NCBI GenBank assembly: GCA_047602405.1
Contig: JASGHJ010000002.1
Span: 192,001-256,000 of the forward strand
Origin: Anaeromyxobacteraceae bacterium
Lineage (GTDB): Bacteria > Myxococcota > Myxococcia > Myxococcales > Anaeromyxobacteraceae
DNA length: 64,000 nt
Reading direction: 5' to 3'
The position numbers and the translations under genes are program-made. Every line of letters begins with the position of its first letter. Position 1 is the first letter of the stretch. Below the pieces are notes generated by a model, which did no database searches, was not told the DNA's origin, and saw only the letters and a program-made list of their open reading frames with translations. Below, piece by piece: positions 41,301 to 51,193 of the stretch.

Positions 41301-42520
41301 CGCCGGTCCTCGCGACGGTCTCGGGCGTGCTCGAGCGGGCGCGGGCGGACGGCGTGGCGCCGGCGCTCTCCGCGGCGGTCTTCGCGCGCGGCCGGCTCGT
41401 GCACGCCTCCTGGCACGGCGAGGTCCCGGACTGCCAGGGAGGGGCCCCGACGCGCTCTGCGCGGCGGGGAGGGGCGCGCCGAGCGCCCCTCCATGAGACA
41501 GATCTCTTCGACGTGGCCTCGCTCACGAAGGTCATGGCGACGGCCTCGCTCGCGGCGCAGCTCGCCGACGCGGGGGCGCTCGACCTCGACGCGCCGGTCG
41601 CGGCGGCGCTCCCCGGCTTCGAACGGGGCGGGAAGGAGACCGTCACCGCGCGGCACCTCCTCGCGCACGCCTCGGGGCTGCCGGCGCTGCGGCCGTACCA
41701 CACGCTCGCCGCGGCCGACCCCTCCGCCCGCGCCTGCTTCCTGCCTCCCGGGCCGCGCCCGCCCTTCGTGTCGCTCGCCGGCCCCTTCGTGGCCGGGAAG
41801 GCCGTCGTGAAGGCGGCGGTGCTCGCGGAGCCGCTCGAGGCGGCGCCCTCGACCCGCGCGGTCTACTCCGACGTCGGCTTCCTCGCGCTCGGCTTCCTCG
41901 TCGAGGCGCTCGGCGGCGACCTGCTCTCCCGGCTCGCGGCGCGGCGGGTCTTCGGCCCGCTCGGGCTCACCTCCACCGCGTTCGTCGACGGCCTCGACGC
42001 CGGCGCGGCGCACGCCGCCTACGCGGGGCGAGCCTTCGCGCCCACCGGCTGGAGCGAGGCGCGGGGCGGGATCTCGCAGGGGCTCGTGAACGACGACAAC
42101 GCCTGGGCGGTCGGCGGCGGCGCCGGGCACGCGGGCGTCTTCTCGACGGCGCAGGAGGTCGCTGCGTTCGGCCAGGCCTGGCTCGAGGCGCTCGCCGGCG
42201 GGCGGTCGCCGGTCCCGGCCGACGCGGCCCGGGAGTTCGTGCGGCGGGACGCCGCGACGCCGGGGAGCGGGCGGGCGCTCGGGTGGGACACGCCCACCGG
42301 GGAGTCGTCCATCGGCTCGCGCCTCGGGCGGGGACCGAAGGGGGCGGTGGGCCACCTCGGCTACACGGGGTGCTCGCTGTGGCTCGACCTCGACGCGGAG
42401 GTCGCCGTCGCGGTCCTCACGAACCACGTTCATCCCGGCGGCCGGGCGGACCGGCCGCGGATGCTCGCGTTCCGGAGGGCCGTCCACGACGCGGTCGCGG
42501 ACGGGCTCTCCATCGGATGA
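41297..42520 (+). CDS. Beta-lactamase-fold serine hydrolase
   Basis: FDVASLTK (SxxK), LLAHASG, YSDVG, GHAGVFS, GHLGYTG. Confidence 0.88.
   Translation: MTPVLATVSGVLERARADGVAPALSAAVFARGRLVHASWHGEVPDCQGGAPTRSARRGGARRAPLHETDLFDVASLTKVMATASLAAQLADAGALDLDAPVAAALPGFERGGKETVTARHLLAHASGLPALRPYHTLAAADPSARACFLPPGPRPPFVSLAGPFVAGKAVVKAAVLAEPLEAAPSTRAVYSDVGFLALGFLVEALGGDLLSRLAARRVFGPLGLTSTAFVDGLDAGAAHAAYAGRAFAPTGWSEARGGISQGLVNDDNAWAVGGGAGHAGVFSTAQEVAAFGQAWLEALAGGRSPVPADAAREFVRRDAATPGSGRALGWDTPTGESSIGSRLGRGPKGAVGHLGYTGCSLWLDLDAEVAVAVLTNHVHPGGRADRPRMLAFRRAVHDAVADGLSIG
41437..41492. repeat. Double-hairpin palindromic element inside the serine hydrolase CDS
   Basis: CCCCG-A-CGCGC TCT GCGCG-G-CGGGG followed by GGAGGGGCGC GCCGA GCGCCCCTCC. 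Confidence 0.6.
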
Positions 42521-42526
42521 GGTGAC

Positions 42527-43942
42527 ATGACGGATTGGGCGAAGGTGAAGCGCATCCACCTCATCGGCGTCGCGGGCACGGGCATGGGCTCGTTCGCCGG
42601 CATGCTGAAGGCGGCGGGCCACGAGGTCACGGGCTCCGACGAGAACGTCTACCCGCCGATGTCGACGCAGCTCGCGCGCTGGGGCATCGAGGTGCTGACG
42701 CCCTACGCCGCGGAGAACCTCGACCGCGCGCGGCCGGACCTCGTCGTGGTCGGCAACGTCGTGCGCGCCGTGAACCCGGAGGCGGTCGCGATGCGCGAGC
42801 GCGGGCTCCCGCACGTGTCCTTCCCGGCGGCGCTCGGCGAGCGGTTCATCGGGCCGCGCCACGGCTGCGTGGTGGTCGGCACGCACGGGAAGACGACGAC
42901 CTCGGCGATGCTCGGGTTCCTGCTCTTCCACGCGCGGCGGGCCCCGTCGTTCCTGGTCGGCGGCGTGACGCGCGACTTCGAGTCGAACTTCCGGCTCGGC
43001 GAGGGGCCGCACTTCGTGGTCGAGGGCGACGAGTACGACACCGCCTACTTCGACAAGGGCCCCAAGTTCCTCCACTACCGGCCGCGCACCGCGATCTTCA
43101 CGAGCTGCGAGCTCGACCACGCCGACATCTACCGGGACGAGGCGCACTACGAGAGCGCCTTCGAGAAGTTCGTGGCGCTCATGCCGCAGGACGGCTTCCT
43201 CGCCGCGTGCGCGAGCTACGACAGCGTGAGGCGGATCTCCTCCGCCGCGCGCTGCAGGGTCGAGACGTACGCCGTCGACCGCCCCGGCGCGGACTGGGAG
43301 GCGCGCGGGCTCGCGCTCTCGCCGGAGGGCGCGCGGTTCACGCTCGTCCGGCGCGGGCAGGCGCTCTGCGACGTGCTGATGCCCGTCGGCGGCGCGCACA
43401 ACGTCGAGAACGCGCTCGGGGTCGCGGCGGCGGCGACCGCGCTCGGACTGTCGCCCGCGGAGATCGCGGCGGGGCTCGGGGCGTTCAAGGGCGTGAAGCG
43501 GCGGCAGGAGGTGCGGGGCGTCTCCGGCGGCGGCGTGACGGTGATCGACGACTTCGCCCACCACCCGCGGGCGGTCGAGAAGACGCTCGCGGCGATCGCG
43601 GGCTCGTACCCCGGCGCGCGGCTCCTCGCGGCGTTCGAGCCGCGGTCGAACACGAGCCGGCGAAACCTGCACCAGGCGGACTACGCGTCCCCGGCCACGT
43701 GGGCCGCGGCGGCGGAGGTGTTCCTGCTCCGCCCGGCGCCGACGGACCGGGTGCCGGAGCACGAGCGGCTGGATCTGGACGCCGTCATCGCCGGGATCCG
43801 GGCCGGCGGGAAGCCTGCGGGCGCGTTCGGGACGGTCGACGAGATGGTCGCGGCGATCAAGGCGAGCGCGCGCAAGGGCGACGTGGTCGTCGCCATGTCG
43901 AACGGCGCGTTCGGCGGGATATGGGGGAAGCTGCTGCTGTAG
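42527..43942 (+). CDS. mpl: UDP-MurNAc:tripeptide ligase
   Basis: GVAGTGM, GSDENVYPPMS, GTHGKTTT, EGDEYDTAYFDK, DDFAHHP, EPRSNT, MSNGAFGG. Confidence 0.93.
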   Translation: MTDWAKVKRIHLIGVAGTGMGSFAGMLKAAGHEVTGSDENVYPPMSTQLARWGIEVLTPYAAENLDRARPDLVVVGNVVRAVNPEAVAMRERGLPHVSFPAALGERFIGPRHGCVVVGTHGKTTTSAMLGFLLFHARRAPSFLVGGVTRDFESNFRLGEGPHFVVEGDEYDTAYFDKGPKFLHYRPRTAIFTSCELDHADIYRDEAHYESAFEKFVALMPQDGFLAACASYDSVRRISSAARCRVETYAVDRPGADWEARGLALSPEGARFTLVRRGQALCDVLMPVGGAHNVENALGVAAAATALGLSPAEIAAGLGAFKGVKRRQEVRGVSGGGVTVIDDFAHHPRAVEKTLAAIAGSYPGARLLAAFEPRSNTSRRNLHQADYASPATWAAAAEVFLLRPAPTDRVPEHERLDLDAVIAGIRAGGKPAGAFGTVDEMVAAIKASARKGDVVVAMSNGAFGGIWGKLLL

Positions 43943-43950
43943 AAGCCAAG

Positions 43951-44206
43951 GAGCAGGAGCAGGATCGGGAGCGGGATCAGGATCAGGATCAGGATCACGA
44001 TCAGGATCGGGAGCGGCATCGGCATCAGTGAACCGGCAGCTCGGCAGCCGGCGCTCCCGCTGCTCCTGATGCTCCCGCTGCTCCTGATGCTCCCGCTGCT
44101 CCTGATGCTCCGCTGATGCCGTCGCTGCTCCTGCTCCTGCCGCTCCTCCTGCTCCTGCTCCCGATCCTGATCCTGCTCCTGATCCTGATCCTGATCCTGA
44201 TCCTGA
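43951..44206. repeat. Long imperfect palindrome of hexamer tandem repeats
   Basis: Left arm (GATCAG/GAGCAG/GATCGG)x13 at 43951-44028; right arm (GCTCCCGCTGCTCCTGAT)x3 at 44053-44106, then (CTGCTC/CTGATC)n. Confidence 0.88.
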
Positions 44207-44209
44207 ACT

Positions 44210-44242
44210 AAAAGGCCCGGCCGCTCAGCGGCCGGGCCCTTT
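44210..44242. terminator. Intrinsic terminator between convergent mpl and cytochrome genes
   Basis: AAAA-GGCCCGGCCGC TCA GCGGCCGGGCC-CTTT; 11-bp stem, U4 tail on the minus strand. Confidence 0.75.
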
Positions 44243-44265
44243 GGATCCCCCGTCTTACGAACGGG

Positions 44266-45306
44266 TCACTTGTTGTGGCAGGTCCGGCACATCGCGTTCG
44301 ACGCGATGTCGCCGGCCTTCAGCTTCCAGCTCTTCGGGTGCGGGTTGCCGCCGGCGGCGCCGACCTGGTGGCAGCCGACGCACAGGCTCTTCGCGCCCTG
44401 GTCGTGGCACGCGGCGCACGAGGAGGCGTCGCGGCGGGCGGCGTCGCCGTGGAACTTCTCGCCGGCGCCGCGGGTGGCCCAGCCCTTCGGGTGCGGGCTG
44501 AACGCGCTCGCGCCCGCGTTGGCGGAGACGTTCGCGGTGGTGTGGCAGGTGTCGCAGTACTGCGGGCCGTGGCAGCGGCGGCAGCTCGCCGGGTTCGCGC
44601 CGGCCTCGATGGCGTGGCGAGAGACGTAGTCACCGCGGTGGATGAACGACGAGTCCACCGCCTCCGGGAAGATCACCGACGGCCGCGCCGCGGCGGTCTG
44701 CGGCGAGTGGCACGCCGTGCAGTACGTCTGGTCGTGGCACTGCGCGCAGCTCTCGGCGGTCGGCCGGGCCTGGGCGCCGTGCAGGCGGAGCCAGTCGCCC
44801 CCGTGGGCGAAGTACTTCTCCGGCGCGAGGCCCTTCATGTCGACGTGGCAGGGGCGGCAGCGGCCCGCGGCGTAGTCGTTCTGGTGGTTGTGGCAGCTCG
44901 TGCAGGTGTCCATCGAGGGCGCCGCGACCTCGTCGCCGGGGTCGGGGAGCTTCTTGTGGCAGGTCCCGCACTTCTCGGTCTGGTTCTTCCCGGTCACCTT
45001 CGAGAGGTGGAGCGCGTGGTTGAAGGTGAGGCGCGCCGGCGGCGGCGCCCACTTCTCCACGATCTTGTCCTTGTCGCCCTCGTGGCACTCGGCGCACTTC
45101 TCGGTCGTCGGGCGGTGGCTCTTCGCGAGCGACGTCGCCTTGTCGATGCCCTCGTGGCAGTCCGTGCAGGACGCCGTGCCCTCGTCATGGGCGGAGTGGG
45201 CGACGTGGATCTCGGGCCGCTTCTCGGCGATCCGGGGCGCCTCGTACCGGGCGCAGCCGGCGGCCGCGAACGCGAGGGCCAGGGTCAGGCGCTGGAGCCG
45301 GTTCAT
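44266..45306 (-). CDS. Dodecaheme c-type cytochrome lipoprotein
   Basis: AGGAGG RBS, lipobox AAAGC, 12 CxxCH motifs in 346 aa. Confidence 0.92.
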   Translation of the reverse strand: MNRLQRLTLALAFAAAGCARYEAPRIAEKRPEIHVAHSAHDEGTASCTDCHEGIDKATSLAKSHRPTTEKCAECHEGDKDKIVEKWAPPPARLTFNHALHLSKVTGKNQTEKCGTCHKKLPDPGDEVAAPSMDTCTSCHNHQNDYAAGRCRPCHVDMKGLAPEKYFAHGGDWLRLHGAQARPTAESCAQCHDQTYCTACHSPQTAAARPSVIFPEAVDSSFIHRGDYVSRHAIEAGANPASCRRCHGPQYCDTCHTTANVSANAGASAFSPHPKGWATRGAGEKFHGDAARRDASSCAACHDQGAKSLCVGCHQVGAAGGNPHPKSWKLKAGDIASNAMCRTCHNK

Positions 45307-46638
45307 CACCGCACCTCCTTCGCCACGTAGGTCTGGTTGTAGACGAGCTTCGCCATGACGTCGAAGGCCTGCTCCAGGTACGGGGTCATCGAGGCGCGGC
45401 CCGCGAGGACCGCGCTGAAGCCGCGCGCGATGTTCACGCCGGCGGTGACGGTGCCGGTGACGGCCATCGGCTCGCCGTTCACCCGCGCGCGGAAGATGTA
45501 GGTCATCACGTCGGCCGCGGCGAAGAGCCGGGTGCCGAGGTCGCGGCGCCCGAAGGCCCGCGCGCCCCAGTAGCCGTTGTCGAGGGCGTCGAGGTACGAG
45601 ATCTCGAGGCCCGCGCGCGTGGCGCCCTTCTTCCACACGAGCTCGGCCTCGCCGTCGGAGCCGTAGTACGTCTTGGAGCCCGTCTCGCCCGGCTCGATCG
45701 CGAGGTGCGCGTCGAGGCCGGCCTCGAGCCCGTGGGCGAGCTCGTAGGTGACGCCGCCGCCGAGGTCGTTGCGGTGCTCGAGCGAGAACACCGAGAAGAT
45801 CGACGTGCGGGAGAGGAAGAGGTCCGGGGCCGTGAAGCGCCAGTCGGCGGTGACGTAGAGCTTCTTCGTGGCCGCCCAGGTGATGGCCGCGTTGCCCTCG
45901 CTGAAGCGCGAGTCGTAGAGGCTGTACGCGCCGAGGCCGGAGAAGGTCAGGCTCGCGGTGGGCTGCCAGCGGACGTCGCCGCCGACCTCCTGGCGGACCG
46001 GGTCGCCGCCGTCCTCGACGAAGTTCGCCGAGGCGCCGAGCGTGAAGACCTTGCCCGAGAAGCCGGGGGGCGCGAACGAATAGGCGGCGCGCCCGCCGTA
46101 GGCGAGGTCACCGCCGGCCGGGTTCCAGCTCACCGTGCCCGAGCGCGACTGGAAGCGCTGGGACACCGGCAGGCCGGCGTAGCCCGAGAACCGCAGGCCC
46201 GCGAGATTCGAGGGCGACCTCGCCGCCGTCGAGGTGGAGCATGCGGCCGACGCCGGTCATGATCTGCTGGCGACCGAGCCGGACGAAGAGCTTGTCACCC
46301 GCGACGCGGCCCTGGACGTAGGCGGCCTGCAGGTCGGCGTTGAGGCCGCTCGAGGTGCCCGCGTCCCAGCGGTGGTCGCCGATCTCCACCGAGCCCCAGC
46401 TCGAGACGACGAGCGTGAGGTCCTTCGCGAAGGAGTTCGTGACGTTGCGCGCGGACAGGTTCAGGATCTCGTACGCGGGCGCCACGTTCACGAGCTCGGG
46501 CGCGGTCCCGGGGGACCCGCCGCGCGTCTGCGGACCAGCGTTCAGGAGCGTCGTGGAGGAGACCTCCACGGTGTCCGCCCGGGCGGCCGTCGAGAAACTC
46601 GCCAGGACGGCGGCCAGGAGCGTCAATGTCTTCCGCAT
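45306..46638 (-). pseudogene. Outer membrane beta-barrel upstream of the multiheme cytochrome; apparent +1 frameshift at about 46207 (probably a sequencing error)
   Basis: Signal peptide MRKTLTLL..ARA, RLGRQ, LDGG; deleting one base gives ALDLAGLRFSGYAGLPVSQRF and joins ORF 45306-46166. Confidence 0.7.
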
Positions 46639-46833
46639 CAGGGACCTCGCCTCGATGGGTTGGAGGGCGCGGGACTCGGGACCCCCTCCGCGCCACGCGA
46701 CACCCTGGCACAGGCGACCGGCAAAAATCTTGTCCAGGATCACTTCGAAGGTTGAAACACTTGTTTCCTGCTGGGGTTAGGCCCTTCCCCGGGCGGCACG
46801 CCGACCCCTCGGGCGCTATACCCCTCCACACCC

Positions 46834-47346
<513 letters not shown>

Positions 47347-47349
47347 GCG

Positions 47350-49128
47350 TCAGGCCTTCGCCGCGGCGGGCCTCGGCGCGCTGCCGGCGGGCGCGAGCGT
47401 GAAGCGCACCCGGTCGCGCTCGGCCCTGATCTCGGCGGGCGACGTCGGCGCCTCGCGGAGCCAGTAGACCATCTCGTCGGCCTCCCAGACGTACGGCTCG
47501 TCGTTCATGAGCACCCGCCCGTCGGCGACGGCCTGGGTGAGCTCGAGCAGCGGCACGTCGCCGAGGTCGCGCAGGAGCGCCTCGAACCGGCCCTGGCGCG
47601 CCGGGTCGGCGAACACGAGGTCGTGGCGGGCGGCGTAGGCGGTGTGGAGCCACGCCGGCCGGTAGGCGAGGCCGCCCAGGCCGAGCCGCACCGCCATGCG
47701 CTGGAGGAGGAACACGACCTCGCGGGCGAGGCCCAGCCCGGGCACGTCCTGCCCCGGCAGCCTCGGGCGGCGCGGGCTGAACTGCGCGCGCGGGTTGCGG
47801 AGCGAGAGCCAGTGCACGTAGAGGAGCTCGACGCCCGCGACGCGCCGGCGCTCCATGACGATCTCGACGAGCACGTGCTCCTGGTTCTCGTACTCGCCCA
47901 TCACCTTGATCCGCTCGCCGAGGCCGGTCGTGTCGAACGCGACGCGGAAGTGGCGGTACCCGAGCCGCTCGAGCTGCTGGAAGAACCCGTAGCGGAAGAG
48001 CGCGTGCTCGACGCCGGCGGCGGTGTAGAAGCCGAGCAGGAGGCGCTGCCTCGTCGGCGTGAAGCCGAGCGCCTCGGCGAGGTCGTCGGCGCTGAACTCG
48101 TTCGTGTCGGTGAGCTCCTCCGGCGACAGCTCGCTCGCGAGCCGCGCGAAGCGCCGGTCGAGCGGGTCGTAGTCGCGGGGGATGGGCGCGAGCGAGCCCG
48201 TGGCGAGCGCCATGCCGGTGCCGCCGAGCGCGCGCCAGGCGTCGTCGGAGTAGCCGCCGCCCGGCAGCCAGACCTGCGGCACGCCCTCGAGCTCGGTCGC
48301 GACGAGGAGGTCGCGCTCGCGCACGCCCTCGAGCGTGAGGCCGAGCTTCCCGAACCGGTCGCCGGCGACGACGTCGCCGCCGGCGATGACGAAGGCGAGG
48401 TCCGGGCGCGGCATGCGCGAGAGGAGCGCCCCGAGCGCCTCGAGGTAGGCCTCGTCGCCGGTGCCCTCCGGCAGGACCGTCTCGTCGACGCCGGGGAGCG
48501 GGCCCCAGTCCGAGCCGGAGAGCGAGCCCACCCAGGCCCTCGGATCGTTCGCGAGGCACGCCGCCACGCCGTCCGGCGGGTGCGCGTCGAGATCGAGCAC
48601 CACCGCGCGGCCGCCGAACCCCTCGGCGCGCATCGCGGCGAGCGCGACCGCGACGTCGTTCACCGGGCAGAAGCCGCCCGCCGCCGCGGGGGCGGCGTGG
48701 TGGAACCCGCCGAGCAGGTTGAGCGCCGGGACCCCGCGGCGCAGCGTCTCGCGGGCGGCCGCGACGGTGCCGCCGCAGGCGAGCCGGATCGTCGTCATCA
48801 CCTCGTCGAGCGGCACGTCGGTCGGGTCGACCCCGAAGATCGAGGCCACCTGCGCCGGCTGGCCGAGGCGCTCGAGCAGCTCGGCGGTGTGCACGCGCGA
48901 GAGCTCGTCGTAGGTCGCGCGGCGGGGCGCGTGGAACGACGCCTTCGGGACCGCGCCGCACTCCCGGAGCCACCACGCGGCGTAGTCCGCCCGCCGCGGC
49001 TCCATGCCGGAGCCGGACTCCAGGCTCGAGAGCGGCAGCCGGTACCGCGCGTCGTACCAGACCGCCACCTCTCGCCGGTGGAGCCAGGACCGGGCCCGGT
49101 AGACGAGCGCGCGGGTGCGGCGGAACAT
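47350..49128 (-). CDS. Zn-dependent deacetylase (HDAC/AcuC family) with a C-terminal GNAT-like domain
   Basis: GGFHHA, GGFC, DLDAH, GGD..GD, GGGYS, plus an extra domain of about 230 aa. Confidence 0.82.
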   Translation of the reverse strand: MFRRTRALVYRARSWLHRREVAVWYDARYRLPLSSLESGSGMEPRRADYAAWWLRECGAVPKASFHAPRRATYDELSRVHTAELLERLGQPAQVASIFGVDPTDVPLDEVMTTIRLACGGTVAAARETLRRGVPALNLLGGFHHAAPAAAGGFCPVNDVAVALAAMRAEGFGGRAVVLDLDAHPPDGVAACLANDPRAWVGSLSGSDWGPLPGVDETVLPEGTGDEAYLEALGALLSRMPRPDLAFVIAGGDVVAGDRFGKLGLTLEGVRERDLLVATELEGVPQVWLPGGGYSDDAWRALGGTGMALATGSLAPIPRDYDPLDRRFARLASELSPEELTDTNEFSADDLAEALGFTPTRQRLLLGFYTAAGVEHALFRYGFFQQLERLGYRHFRVAFDTTGLGERIKVMGEYENQEHVLVEIVMERRRVAGVELLYVHWLSLRNPRAQFSPRRPRLPGQDVPGLGLAREVVFLLQRMAVRLGLGGLAYRPAWLHTAYAARHDLVFADPARQGRFEALLRDLGDVPLLELTQAVADGRVLMNDEPYVWEADEMVYWLREAPTSPAEIRAERDRVRFTLAPAGSAPRPAAAKA

Positions 49129-49400
49129 CAGCGGGCGCCGGCGGGGGAGGCGGGCGGGGTGGCGCTCGCGGACGCGGGCTTCCGGAGGGCGAGCCACCAG
49201 CCGACGACCACCTCGAACGCGATCCAGCCGATCGCCGTCCAGGTGGCGCTGCTCGTCGCGGAGAACGCGTTCTTGCAGATCCGCAGCGGCTCGTTGATGT
49301 CGTCCGGCAGGCCGAACAGGATCGGGGTGTTCTTGATCGTGTAGAAGACGAGGTACGCGAGGAAGGCGGTGCGCACGGCGGCGAGGATCTTGTAGACCAT
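49128..49400 (-). CDS. Small hypothetical membrane protein
   Basis: 90 aa, two hydrophobic helices, stop overlaps the deacetylase start (TGATG). Confidence 0.65.
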   Translation of the reverse strand: MVYKILAAVRTAFLAYLVFYTIKNTPILFGLPDDINEPLRICKNAFSATSSATWTAIGWIAFEVVVGWWLALRKPASASATPPASPAGAR

Positions 49401-49466
49401 GCGCAGAGTCTAGCCGAGCTTGGTGTCGCCCGCGCCCTCCTGCGTCGGGCGGGAGGGTGGGTCGAG

Positions 49467-50267
49467 TGTCTCAGGTCGCGGAGCTGAGGGCGGCGTGCGC
49501 GGAGGCGGCCCGCAGGGGCGGCGCCATCCTGAAGGAGAAGTTCGGCCAGCAGCGGACGATCGAGCTGAAGGGCGGCATCGACCTCGTCACCGACGCGGAC
49601 AAGGCCAGCGAGGCGGCCCTGCTCGGGTTCCTCCACGCGCGGTTCCCGGAGGCCGCGGTGCTGGCGGAGGAGTCGGGCGTCTCCGGCGGCCCCCCCGGCG
49701 GCCTGCGCTTCTTCGTCGACCCGCTCGACGGCACCACGAACTACGCCCACGGCGTGCCCCACTTCGCCGTGACCGTGGGTGTGTCCGACGCGGGCGGGCT
49801 CGCGGCGGGCGCGACCTACGATCCCCTCCGCGACGAGCTTCTTCTCGGCCGGCCGCGGGGAGGGCGCGACGCTGAACGGCGCGCCCATCCGCCACTCCGG
49901 CCGCGGAGAGCTCCTCGGCTCCCTGCTCGTGACCGGGTTCCCCTACGACATCCACGCGAACCACGACTTCGCGCTCCGGCTCTTCGGCTCGTTCATCCGC
50001 CGGGCGCGCGCGGTGCGCCGCTTCGGCTCGGCGGCCATCGACCTCGCCTACGTCGCGTGCGGCAGGTTCGACGGCTTCTGGGAGCAGAAGCTGAAGCCCT
50101 GGGACCTCGCGGCGGGGATCCTCCTCGCGCGGGAGGCGGGGGCGATCGTGACCGACCTCGAGGGCGGGGATCGCGTGCTCGAGACCGGCGACGTGGTGGC
50201 GGGGCCACCCGCGCTCGTGGCCTCGATGCGCGAGGTCATCTCGGCGGAGCGGGCGCTCCGTCCGTAG
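49467..50267 (+). pseudogene. suhB: Inositol monophosphatase (SuhB-like); apparent +1 frameshift at about 49839 (probably a sequencing error)
   Basis: DLVTDAD, AEE, VDPLDGTTNYAHG, TGFPYD, GSAAIDL, PWDLAAG; DELFSAGRGEGA is restored by deleting one T; start approximate. Confidence 0.85.
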
Positions 50268-51186
50268 GCGGCGGGGGCGGCGGCGGGGTCGCCTCGAGCC
50301 CCTCGGGCGCGGCGTGGGCGGCGGGGGCCGGCGGCGCCGCCGGCGCGCGCGGCTCCCGGGGCGGCGCGGTGCCGGCCGCGAAGTCGATGAACACGAGCGA
50401 CTCCGGGTCGACGAGCAGCCCCGAGACCTTCGCGCTCCAGTGCAGGTGCGGCCCCGTCGCGCGCCCGGTGGCGCCCACGAGGCCGATCCGGTCGCCGAGC
50501 CGCACCGCGTCCCCGACCTTCACGTCCATGCGCGAGAGGTGGAAGTAGGCGGTGAAGGCGCCCGCGCCGTGGGAGAGCACGATGGAGTTGCCGGAGAGGT
50601 AGCAGTCGCGGGCGAGCACGACGACGCCGTCCGCCGCGGCCGCGACCGGCGCGCCCTTCGCGCCGTCGAGGTCGAGCCCGTAATGGACCGACTTCTGCGT
50701 GCCGTTGACGAGCCGCTGGTCGCCGAAGCGGCCGGTCCGGTCCGCCTCGCGCGGGTAGGCGAAGCGCTGGAAGCGGGCGGGCTCGAAGGCGCGGTCGTAC
50801 GCGGCCGCGAACGCGGCGCGGTCCTCGGCCTGGCGGCGCGCCACGCGCTTCGGGGGGTGGACGTACTTCTCCGGGAGCCGGAGCGTCTTCGAGGGGAAGC
50901 GGGGGTCGACCACGAGGAGCGCGGCGCGGACCACCTCGCCCCCCGCCGTGACCTCGAGCGGCGCCTCGCCGGGGGCGGTCTCGATGGGCAGCGCCGCGAG
51001 CGCGCGCCAGCCCTGGCCGTCGCGCCAGAACGCGAGCGCGCGGCCGGCGAGGGTCCCCTGCGGCGCGGGCTCGCCGGGGGCGTCGAGCACGGTGACGAGG
51101 ACGGCGTCGCCCGGGCGCGCGGCGGGCGGGGCGAGGCGGACCGACGGCGCGGCGAGCGCGAGGGCGAGCAGGACGGAGAGGGGCAT
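50236..51186 (-). CDS. M23-family metallopeptidase
   Basis: Signal peptide, HYGLD (HxxxD), YFHLS, TGPHLH. Confidence 0.92.
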   Translation of the reverse strand: MPLSVLLALALAAPSVRLAPPAARPGDAVLVTVLDAPGEPAPQGTLAGRALAFWRDGQGWRALAALPIETAPGEAPLEVTAGGEVVRAALLVVDPRFPSKTLRLPEKYVHPPKRVARRQAEDRAAFAAAYDRAFEPARFQRFAYPREADRTGRFGDQRLVNGTQKSVHYGLDLDGAKGAPVAAAADGVVVLARDCYLSGNSIVLSHGAGAFTAYFHLSRMDVKVGDAVRLGDRIGLVGATGRATGPHLHWSAKVSGLLVDPESLVFIDFAAGTAPPREPRAPAAPPAPAAHAAPEGLEATPPPPPPPTDGAPAPPR

Positions 51187-51193
51187 GGCGAAG

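Noticed and set aside
43681..44206. ORFs such as MPMPLPILIVILILIL, and the RLRLRL extension upstream of alr
   Set aside because: These are translations of hexamer repeats. The first lies antisense to mpl, and alr homology begins only at 7512.
46721..46738. Sigma54 promoter (TGGACAAGATTTTTGC, minus strand) upstream of the porin-cytochrome pair
   Set aside because: GG-to-GC spacing is 11 nt rather than the required 10.
46754..46767. Palindrome GAAACA-CT-TGTTTC as an operator
   Set aside because: Only 6-bp arms, single copy, and not assignable to a regulator.
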